IMG/VR virus record: IMGVR_UViG_3300027777_000022
DNA length: 38,650 nt
Reading direction: 5' to 3' (one strand)
Origin: a virus
Taxonomy: Duplodnaviria > Heunggongvirae > Uroviricota > Caudoviricetes
The notes under the pieces are model-generated. The model did not search any database and had not been told where the DNA came from. It saw only the letters and a program-made list of their open reading frames with translations. Each line of letters starts with the position of its first letter. Position 1 is the stretch's first letter. Made by a program: the position numbers and the translations under genes. Of this stretch, positions 29,522-37,275 are shown one piece after another.

Positions 29522-31330
29522 TTATGCTCCAGGTGCTGCTGCCGCAGCCGGGGGTTGAGCAGCTGGAGTTGATCCAATTGTGCCGCCTGGCGCTCCAGGT
29601 GCACCTTCCTGCCCTGCCGGTGTGAGATTTGACATGTCTTGACCCATTGCAACATCGCTTTCTAATCCAGCAGGTGTGATACCCACCGAACGTAGATCTT
29701 GTCCTTGTGATGTTTCCAGTTCTGGCTTTGAGCGTTCTTCTTTCCACAGCTTGGAATTTTGTTGAATTTCGTCTTCGGTCAATCCCAAGAAACGCTCTAG
29801 CAAGAATCTTTTGCTCATGTAAGGCAGTGCTTCCAAACTGGTAAATGCTGTGATACGTGATGTATCTAATTCAGCTTGACGATAACTGGCAAAATTTTGA
29901 GGTGGATTAAACTTGATCTGGAACAGTCCCGCATCAATGTTAAACCCTCTCCAACGCAGGAACATTTTGAATTCATCATCCAGCTTCTGCATGATCAATG
30001 CTTGCAGTCGTTCGCAATATTGATTGAATCTGTACTCTTGAATCAGTGCTGTACCCACTTTGCCGTCTTGCATGGTGCGATCTGAATCATCCGGACCTGT
30101 GGGCAAATAGCTTGACGGCACACGCAGACCACGAGCCATTTTGTTGTTAAAATACTTTAAATCGTCAATTTCGCCAAGATTTTGTCCGCCGGGCAATACA
30201 TCTACTGAGCTGCCGCGTCCGTCTACTCCTACTGGAAAAAAGAAATCTTCGTTGATACTGAGTGGATTATAGCTTGAATCCATGATGTTTTGACCGCCGC
30301 CGCCGTATGTGGGAATACGACGTTGATGCATTTCATTTTTCACACGTTCCACAAACGCCATGGCCATGTGGCTGGGCATGTTGCCCACGTCAATCTTGAA
30401 TACTCTACGCTCAGGCGCACGTTGCACACGATAGATCAACATGGCATCTTCCAGCAGTTCTTTTTGCTTGAATACTTTGAAAATGTTTTCTAGGATGCTT
30501 TTACCAAATGGCCAGAATGTGTCTAAGCCTTCGTTCAGGCTCATATGCACCACATGCTTGGCATCAATGCAAGTTTCGTTCACAGCACGATTGAATCTGC
30601 TGGCGCCACTCATGGCCGAACTAGGTGCTGTATAACCACCGCCTTGCATGCTACCACCAATTCCGCCTGCTCCGCCAGAACTTGGGTTGACCATAAAGTC
30701 AGTTGTGGTCTTGGCTGCCACAGTCAAATTCTGAAAATTAGGATTGATGTCACGAATAATGTATTGTTCTGGGCGTTTGCCTTCGTTTTCGTTCACAATC
30801 ACACGAACCACTTTGCTCATGTCCACCCAGTACATTTCAAATGTTTCTGGGTCACGTACAAAAATTTGATCACCGTACTTGATTGTGTTGCGGAACAGTT
30901 TGAAGATTCGTTGATCCAGTTTGTTCAGCTTGACCCATTGCTGCATCTGTTTGCGGATGATTTCAATTTCGTGATCTGTAGGATCATCGTTATAGGTTAT
31001 GTCAAATGGTGTGTCGTTTTGTTCGTTCAGCTGTGTGGAGAATTCAGATATAATATCTAAACATGCATTCACTTCTGAATCTGCATCCATATTTTCGTAC
31101 TGATTATAACGTTCAATACGATTAGGGTGTCCACTATACACTTCTGGCAATCGGCTGGCGTAGTTGCGAAAGCTGAAATCAGTATCTGCTTGATTGCTTC
31201 GACGTCCGTCGTTTTTTGGATATCCAGGTAATCCTTGATCTCGGCCGCCCGCAATTGGGCTCATCTGTCCAGATAAATCTGCGACTTTGAAAAATTTTTT
31301 CCAACCGGTGCCTTGTTTTGGTTCTGCCAT
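29522..31330 (-). CDS. gp20: Portal vertex protein (gp20-like)
   Basis: YENMDADSEV, LLEDAMLIYRVQRAPERRVFKIDVGNMP, EDFFFP..GRGSSVDVLPGGQNLGEIDDLKYF, LRVPSSYL. Confidence 0.96.
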   Translation of the reverse strand: MAEPKQGTGWKKFFKVADLSGQMSPIAGGRDQGLPGYPKNDGRRSNQADTDFSFRNYASRLPEVYSGHPNRIERYNQYENMDADSEVNACLDIISEFSTQLNEQNDTPFDITYNDDPTDHEIEIIRKQMQQWVKLNKLDQRIFKLFRNTIKYGDQIFVRDPETFEMYWVDMSKVVRVIVNENEGKRPEQYIIRDINPNFQNLTVAAKTTTDFMVNPSSGGAGGIGGSMQGGGYTAPSSAMSGASRFNRAVNETCIDAKHVVHMSLNEGLDTFWPFGKSILENIFKVFKQKELLEDAMLIYRVQRAPERRVFKIDVGNMPSHMAMAFVERVKNEMHQRRIPTYGGGGQNIMDSSYNPLSINEDFFFPVGVDGRGSSVDVLPGGQNLGEIDDLKYFNNKMARGLRVPSSYLPTGPDDSDRTMQDGKVGTALIQEYRFNQYCERLQALIMQKLDDEFKMFLRWRGFNIDAGLFQIKFNPPQNFASYRQAELDTSRITAFTSLEALPYMSKRFLLERFLGLTEDEIQQNSKLWKEERSKPELETSQGQDLRSVGITPAGLESDVAMGQDMSNLTPAGQEGAPGAPGGTIGSTPAAQPPAAAAAPGA

Positions 31331-31346
31331 AGTGAGTTATTTATTG

Positions 31347-33557
31347 TTAATTTCTAGACTGTTGCAGTATTCTACCTTGTACACCTAGGCTGCGACGCAT
31401 GAGATCTACAAGTTCATTCATACTGGATGTTTGTAATCCAATATTTCTAGCCAGTTCCATAATGCCTTGCGTGAGTTCTGGTGATGCACCAGCTGCTGAT
31501 TGTGTTGTTGTTTCAGTTTTAGGTGGTTCAGGTCTAGTGTCATCCAAGGATGTACGATACTTTGTATTAGGACCAGCCAATGGCTCTGGTTTAGGAACTA
31601 TATTCACAACCGGAGGAGGTACCACTGGTTCTATATTCACAACTGGTTTGACCAAAACTGGTTTGGCTGATTGCGGCGCAACAGATTTAACTGCTTGTGC
31701 AGTATCCAATTTAGGCTCTGGTGTTTGTGGTACAACAGATTTAACTGCTTGTGCAGTATCCAATTTAGGCTCTGGTGTTTGTGGTACAACAGATTTAACT
31801 GCTTGTGAAGTGTCCGATTTAGGCTCTGGTGTGCGTAATTCAGCTAGTTTCTGCATGGCTGTTTTATCACTTGCCGCCGGTGCTTCAGTAGTAGGAGTGG
31901 CATTTTTAGTGGCATTTTTACCTTTTAATGCATCCATTTTTTCTGTAAATGTAGTTGGTTCTTTTCCAACGTTGTTCAGTGATTTTATTGCGTTGGCTAC
32001 CGATTCTTCTAAGAATTTTTGGAAATCTGCTGGCTTGACTGAGGTACCGTATCCAGCAGCAGGAGCATTTTGTCCACGGCCAGACCCTGATTCTCCAGGT
32101 CTGGCTTTCGTGGATGTTTTTTCTCCAATGTATTGAGGTGGTATGGTAGTAATTACTTTTTCAATGCCAATGGCTAATTCTGCCATTCCGGCAGTAACAG
32201 GCCCTACACCTTTTTGCACCAGATTGTCCATGGCAATGGTAGTTGCTGTTTGTGCTTGTCGCATGGCCACTTGATTGTTGATATCTACATCACCACCTTT
32301 TCTTAATTTGTCCTGCGCTTCTTTGGCTGCTTTATCATTTTCTTCCGCAGTTTTTGTTCGATTTTTATTTTCAAGCTCTCGTACGCCTGCAAAATCTGCA
32401 TTTACTTGATTGCTCAATCCTGCTCTGGCCAACGCACTATTTCTATTGAGTGCGCCAGTTGCTTCGGTTGCACCCTTGGTCAGCACTGCACTGGCTTTGT
32501 AGTTTTGGCTCATGATTGCCTGGGACATCTCAGGCAACGTTGTATACATTTTTTTAGCTTCTGGACTGTTTACAAATCCACTCATCAGGTCCTGCACACC
32601 TTGTTTTAATGCAGCAGGAGTTTGTGCCATCAACTCTCGATTTTGTGCAATTTGATCTTCGGCTGCTTTGGCTCCGGCTTCGTCACCTGATGCTCTTGCA
32701 GCGGCTGCTTTTTGTTCTAGTTCTCGTGTGACCGCTGCATAACGCTGATCTGACAGTCGTGCTTCTTCTTCTTTGGCCAGTGCATCTGCTGATTTTCCTG
32801 TTAGTTTACTGAGTCTGTCTTGTTGTGCAATATACTCAGCAGCACCAGCTGTAAGTGCTTCTTGTGATTTTTGGGCACTAGCACCGGTTAATGCTTGTAG
32901 TCTTAGATAATTTGCTGTACCTTCGTTAATATCCTTGATCTTTAACCCCATGCGTAGAAATTCAGACTGTATTCCCGACTGCTCTATACCAGCAGCAACT
33001 TCTGCAAACTTCTTGATACCTTGACTAACTGTGCCGCCCATCACTGCTAACGCTTCACTGTTCTGAGCAATCATTGCTCCAAACTCGGGCAATTGATTCA
33101 TTGACAAACCAAACTTCTGCATGTTGCTAAACACGCCAGTCATGCCTTCGGCACTGGCACCACCTACTCTACTGAGATCTTGAAAACTCTTGAATAATGC
33201 ATCACCTTGCTGATTGGCTCTGACTAAGTATGCTCCGGCAAAATCAGTAAGTTTACTAAACGCTGTACCCAATGGTCCCAGCTGTGTTAGCAATGTGCCC
33301 AGTGCAGTAGAACTGGAATTGATTACACCGTTGAACGCACTAGCACCTTGTTGGCCATTGGCCATTGCTGTGGTAAATCCAGAGACTCCTGTTCCAATTT
33401 GTTTGCCAGCTTGAATTAAACTTGATCCAAGCCCAGCCGATGAAGTTGTTAAATTTTGAGCGGCTTTGCCCATTGCTGCGGCATAGTCCATTGCGGATAT
33501 AGTACCAGCGTTAAAGGCTGCTTCCAACTCGGCTAATTTTGATGGATCGAGACTCAT
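31347..33557 (-). CDS. Tape-measure-like / baseplate hub tail protein
   Basis: 736 aa, Ala/Gly/Gln-rich helical body, Pro-rich C-terminal linker; divergent from gp26-like gene. Confidence 0.55.
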   Translation of the reverse strand: MSLDPSKLAELEAAFNAGTISAMDYAAAMGKAAQNLTTSSAGLGSSLIQAGKQIGTGVSGFTTAMANGQQGASAFNGVINSSSTALGTLLTQLGPLGTAFSKLTDFAGAYLVRANQQGDALFKSFQDLSRVGGASAEGMTGVFSNMQKFGLSMNQLPEFGAMIAQNSEALAVMGGTVSQGIKKFAEVAAGIEQSGIQSEFLRMGLKIKDINEGTANYLRLQALTGASAQKSQEALTAGAAEYIAQQDRLSKLTGKSADALAKEEEARLSDQRYAAVTRELEQKAAAARASGDEAGAKAAEDQIAQNRELMAQTPAALKQGVQDLMSGFVNSPEAKKMYTTLPEMSQAIMSQNYKASAVLTKGATEATGALNRNSALARAGLSNQVNADFAGVRELENKNRTKTAEENDKAAKEAQDKLRKGGDVDINNQVAMRQAQTATTIAMDNLVQKGVGPVTAGMAELAIGIEKVITTIPPQYIGEKTSTKARPGESGSGRGQNAPAAGYGTSVKPADFQKFLEESVANAIKSLNNVGKEPTTFTEKMDALKGKNATKNATPTTEAPAASDKTAMQKLAELRTPEPKSDTSQAVKSVVPQTPEPKLDTAQAVKSVVPQTPEPKLDTAQAVKSVAPQSAKPVLVKPVVNIEPVVPPPVVNIVPKPEPLAGPNTKYRTSLDDTRPEPPKTETTTQSAAGASPELTQGIMELARNIGLQTSSMNELVDLMRRSLGVQGRILQQSRN
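31681..31832 (-). repeat. 54-bp tandem repeat x~3 (PEPKLDTAQAVKSVVPQT)
   Basis: acagatttaactgcttgtgcagtatccaatttaggctctggtgtttgtggtaca repeated. Confidence 0.9.
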
Positions 33558-33620
33558 GTTATATCCTTGTAATTTTTCTCAGGGGTGAGTTTGTCATAAT
33601 TATATTTAGCGAGGAAAATC

Positions 33621-34457
33621 ATGCTACCAAACAACCCCCTAACACAATATTTCCGTCAACCTGCCATCTACATACGACTGCCTTCTGGAGGTAAATTTTA
33701 TCCACCAGGCACACTGAATATGCCAGCCAATGGCGAATTACCAGTGCTGCCCATGACCAGTGTGGATGAAATAACTTACAGAACTCCAGATGCATTGTTT
33801 AACGGCACAGCCACAGTAAATGTGATCAAAAGCTGTATTCCGTCTATCAGAGATCCATGGGCCATGCCAGCGTCCGACGTTGATGCTGCACTAGTAGGTA
33901 TCCGCATTGCCAGTTACGGGCATGCTATGGATCTTGATGTCACATGCCCAGCATGCAGTACTGACGAATCAATCAGTGTTGACTTACGTGTGGTCAACGA
34001 TACATTAAAAATAGGTGATTATGAAAACTCGTTAAGCATTAGTGATTTGGAATTTTGGTTTCGCCCTATTCCATACAAATTTGTAAACGACAACAATCAG
34101 ATGCAAATTGAACAACAACAGGCCATGCGTGTGCTTGAAAGTGATGTGGACGAAAAAACAAAACTGGAACAGTTGAATCGTAGCATGCGGTTGATCAATG
34201 AAACCACATTAAGAACCATAGCCCAGAGTATTGCTGCCATCAAGACACCACAAGCAATGGTAACTGAAACTGAATTTATCATTGACTATCTACAAAATTG
34301 CGACAGTAAAATATTCAATCAATTACGTGATCATGTGATTGCAATCAAAAAACAAAGTGATGTGCAACCACTGGCACTGACGTGTAAGGAATGTAGTCAC
34401 CAGTATTCACAACCTTTTACACTGGATCTATCAAGTTTTTTCGTCGACGCCTCCTGA
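33621..34457 (+). CDS. gp26: Baseplate hub subunit/assembly protein (gp26-like)
   Basis: YIRLPSGGKFY, PMTSVDE, D.DA.L..IRIASYG, two CxxC (CPAC, CKEC), terminal SFF. Confidence 0.75.
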   Translation: MLPNNPLTQYFRQPAIYIRLPSGGKFYPPGTLNMPANGELPVLPMTSVDEITYRTPDALFNGTATVNVIKSCIPSIRDPWAMPASDVDAALVGIRIASYGHAMDLDVTCPACSTDESISVDLRVVNDTLKIGDYENSLSISDLEFWFRPIPYKFVNDNNQMQIEQQQAMRVLESDVDEKTKLEQLNRSMRLINETTLRTIAQSIAAIKTPQAMVTETEFIIDYLQNCDSKIFNQLRDHVIAIKKQSDVQPLALTCKECSHQYSQPFTLDLSSFFVDAS

Positions 34458-34483
34458 CCTCTAGCCCAGAAGAGATCGACCAG

Positions 34484-34672
34484 TTGATCGAGAACATGGA
34501 CAAAGATTGTCAAAACATACGCCAGGAGGCTATCAAGATAAGTTGGTTTATGAGAGGTGGATTAACTTACGATCAAGCCATGGCATTGGGTATGCATGAA
34601 CGTGAGATCATAAACAACTTGATCAAAGACAATTTAGAGACCACCAAAAAAAGTGGATTGCCATTTTTTTAG
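34484..34672 (+). CDS. gp51-like small baseplate assembly protein; probably also the C-terminal part of a -1 frameshift product
   Basis: ISWFMRGGLTYDQAMAL...ERE; frame is -1 relative to the upstream gene and open back through 34436. Confidence 0.6.
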   Translation: MIENMDKDCQNIRQEAIKISWFMRGGLTYDQAMALGMHEREIINNLIKDNLETTKKSGLPFF

Positions 34673-34697
34673 TAAAACGGAAACTTTCATTTGTTAG

Positions 34698-34820
34698 TCT
34701 GAAGAAACAAAACAAAAAATGCGTAAACCAAAACCAAAACCAAAATCAGAAGCGCACAAGAAAGCAATTTCACAAGCACGTATTGCAAAATATAAAGCAT
34801 TACATGAGTCATCTGTTTAG
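34698..34820 (+). pseudogene. C-terminal relic of a NUMOD3-containing homing endonuclease
   Basis: Reads SEETKQKMRKPKPKPKSEAHKKAISQARIAKYKALHESSV*; in-frame TAG immediately upstream, no catalytic domain. Confidence 0.65.
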
Positions 34821-35210
34821 AGACTTGCTACGCAAGTCTATTGATTCGCTGTCGCTCATCAATGTATTTTTGTTTCTTGAATTAGTATCATCTAGATACT
34901 GTGGTCATAATTCACCGTATGCACGGTGAATTGATGCATCATCTGAGTGACAGCAGTCATTTATTATAAAGAGATTGTTGTTTCCAACGCAGAGGCGGTT
35001 GACCGGTACCCCTTACTCTAGCTTCACATATCAACGGAACCCTAGTGACCCGATAATAAATCCAAGTCCTATGAGCATGGGGTGTATCTTTTTCACAGAG
35101 CCCAAACCATTTATTGCCTTAAGTTAGCAATTGCCTTTGACGCCCAAGTCCAGACCGGGTATCGCACCGTTCCTCAATGGGGTTGAGTCATATCACTCAA
35201 CACAGAGTCT
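34821..35210 (-). ncRNA. Candidate large structured non-coding element (ncRNA or origin)
   Basis: No ORF >60 aa; at least seven stem-loops, including a perfect 10-bp stem (34909-34932) and GTTG-GAAA-CAAC; strand inferred from the GNRA loop and upstream operon. Confidence 0.5.
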
Positions 35211-35211
35211 A

Positions 35212-36024
35212 TTAGATATATTTGATTTGCTGCCAGGAGGGGTCGAATGTGACTAGGAGATTGTGATAAAATTTTAAATCAGGTGATAACATCAAGTATG
35301 TAAACTCGCCTCGACCTTCGTATTCTTCGTCGTCGAATTCTGAGTCTTCAAATACTTGTTTGACTAACTTGTATAAATCTAGTTTTAGTTGGCCTGACTG
35401 ATGAGTTTTTTGATCGTTGATTGGTAGTCTGATGTTGTGATTTTGTGTGGCAAACAGATTTATCATATGTGTTTTGATCTGTTCATCACTTTGCTGATAC
35501 ATAGGAATGCAGTTGATTTTATCTAACCATGGGCCTAGAGTCATTGTATACGACATACTATGCGGATCTCCTACAATGACTGATTTTAACAGCACCAGAG
35601 GAATTTGATTTATATCATAATTCATGACCGGAAGGATTTTCCTCCATAACCACTCTGTGATTCCTTTGAGATATCTCTTAGTAGGATCTTCAAAAATTCC
35701 AAAACACACGGTGCCGGGTTTTAGATCCAAAATGTTAGTTTCTTTCCAACCAAGGGTATTCTTAAACAGGGTTATGTAGTAGTCAGATGCACACTTCCGC
35801 AACGGTAAAAACGCCAAGTTCTCATGGCAATACACAGTGATCAAACTGTCTTGCCAATAGCTCTGCGATTCTATCTGCTTGCGTCGATGATTAAACCCAT
35901 GTAGATTCACACATTCTTGTTGTATTTTTGCCGGCAACTTTAAAAAATCAGCGTAGTTTTCAACCTTAGGCCAGGACTTGTCTTTTACATCATTGTAAAA
36001 TCTTTTTAAAAATATGTCCGACAC
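35212..36024 (-). CDS. Sulfotransferase-family-like protein with short N-terminal KDxSWP module
   Basis: FLPLRKCAS (cf. PKCA/GS PAPS loop), FEDPTKRYLKG (cf. RDP..R..S), DPH. Confidence 0.45.
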   Translation of the reverse strand: MSDIFLKRFYNDVKDKSWPKVENYADFLKLPAKIQQECVNLHGFNHRRKQIESQSYWQDSLITVYCHENLAFLPLRKCASDYYITLFKNTLGWKETNILDLKPGTVCFGIFEDPTKRYLKGITEWLWRKILPVMNYDINQIPLVLLKSVIVGDPHSMSYTMTLGPWLDKINCIPMYQQSDEQIKTHMINLFATQNHNIRLPINDQKTHQSGQLKLDLYKLVKQVFEDSEFDDEEYEGRGEFTYLMLSPDLKFYHNLLVTFDPSWQQIKYI

Positions 36025-36028
36025 GGTG

Positions 36029-36463
36029 TTATATTCCTATTTTGTTTAGTATCTGCCGGCCGTGTACTCTTACCTGTATATGGCCATTGTAATAGTCTTG
36101 TGATTCTAATACTTGTCTGCTGAACTGCTCACGTGCTTCAATGTATGAACATTCACTTTTGCTATTGCAGTAGAAAAGTATTTCTCTGGTAAAATTGTTG
36201 GTGCCTAGTTTTTCAATGTCTGCGGATAATTCTGCACTGGATCCATAATATTGCTGCCAATCTGAATCAATTTTGCTTCGTATACGTTTTTTCTTTTTGA
36301 TGCCGTTTTTTTGTTTGACTGTTCGGTAAGTTGTTTTTGAAAACTTAGCTAGTTTTTTGCCTATGTATTTGCGTCCTGATAGATTATTTGTGATCAAGTA
36401 AACAAACCCTACACATGTTTCTGGTAATGTCTCCACTGGGGTGTTTTGATATATCCATGTCAT
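36029..36463 (-). CDS. Small GIY-YIG family nuclease (catalytic domain only)
   Basis: GFVYLITN..SGRKYIGKK, SDWQQYYGSS, FTREIL, E...QF, YYN. Confidence 0.85.
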   Translation of the reverse strand: MTWIYQNTPVETLPETCVGFVYLITNNLSGRKYIGKKLAKFSKTTYRTVKQKNGIKKKKRIRSKIDSDWQQYYGSSAELSADIEKLGTNNFTREILFYCNSKSECSYIEAREQFSRQVLESQDYYNGHIQVRVHGRQILNKIGI

Positions 36464-36480
36464 GTATACTAGTTATCATG

Positions 36481-37275
36481 TTATAAAAATGCCTGTAATT
36501 TTTGGATTAAAAAGGTTGCAAATGCTCGATTGCTTTTGATTCCTGGATGTAAATTATCTAATCCCCTGTCTAGAAAAAAATCATTACGATAGCACTGATC
36601 TATATTTAACCAGTTACATTGTGTGATACCGTTATACTCTTGATGAATACGATCGTAAATTTTAAAATATTCATTGTCGTCGCGTAAGGTGGCATTTAAC
36701 ATCTGTTGCGTAAATTTGGTAGTCATGCTAGGAGTTCTATTTGGCTCAGTAATCTGATCAAAATAATTGCGATCCCACTCTGTCACTAATGCGTTTAAAA
36801 AAAACACAGTTATTCCCAATTTATCACATAATTTTTTTAATACATTGGTATAATTTACTATTTCTACCATGAGATAGTGCGGAGAATACAAGTCAAATAA
36901 TCTATTCTTGATATTTTCAATATACTTTGCACTGTAAGTTATACCGTTGTTGAGATTTACATCATTAATTTGACTTTTTGGTCCAAAATATAGTTTGGTA
37001 CTATAAGTTTCTGTTCCTGGATCTAAATGCATTCTAAATAGTTCTGTCCAAGAGACAAACAAATATTCACAGTCGACAGTTGATACAGCATCAATGGCAT
37101 TGAGAAAAATATCTCGGTTGGTTCCTCCACTCTTTCCAACATTCATCAATTGTGTAGTTTTCAAACGATCAACAGTTGAATGCAGTATGTTGACCCATAA
37201 ATCTGAATCCAATGATTGATTTAATAATCCGACGCCGGCAGTATATGAACATCCTGAAAATACTGTGTATCTCAT
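36481..37275 (-). CDS. SGNH/GDSL hydrolase-like protein
   Basis: FSGCSYTAG (block I), NVGKSGGTN (block II), DNLHPG (block V). Confidence 0.65.
   Translation of the reverse strand: MRYTVFSGCSYTAGVGLLNQSLDSDLWVNILHSTVDRLKTTQLMNVGKSGGTNRDIFLNAIDAVSTVDCEYLFVSWTELFRMHLDPGTETYSTKLYFGPKSQINDVNLNNGITYSAKYIENIKNRLFDLYSPHYLMVEIVNYTNVLKKLCDKLGITVFFLNALVTEWDRNYFDQITEPNRTPSMTTKFTQQMLNATLRDDNEYFKIYDRIHQEYNGITQCNWLNIDQCYRNDFFLDRGLDNLHPGIKSNRAFATFLIQKLQAFL

Noticed and set aside
29515-29747. Track ORFs 29296..29655 (long form) and 29511..29747
   Set aside because: Overlap the portal C-terminus in other frames; only 29296-29514 is supported
25702-33414. Plus-strand track ORFs opposite capsid, portal and tape-measure-like genes
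   Set aside because: Antisense shadows with no motifs or initiation signals
34661-34672. Second T-run (CCA TTT TTT TAG) as another frameshift into the NUMOD3 relic
   Set aside because: Not an in-frame X XXY YYZ pattern, and the relic is preceded by its own in-frame stop
34821-35210. RNase P RNA, tmRNA, tRNA or group I intron identity for the structured element
   Set aside because: Only fragmentary likeness (GAGGAA, AAATGACTG). I found no GAGGAAAGTCC/AACCCGGC pair, T-loop/CCA end or P7 consensus, and no interrupted gene
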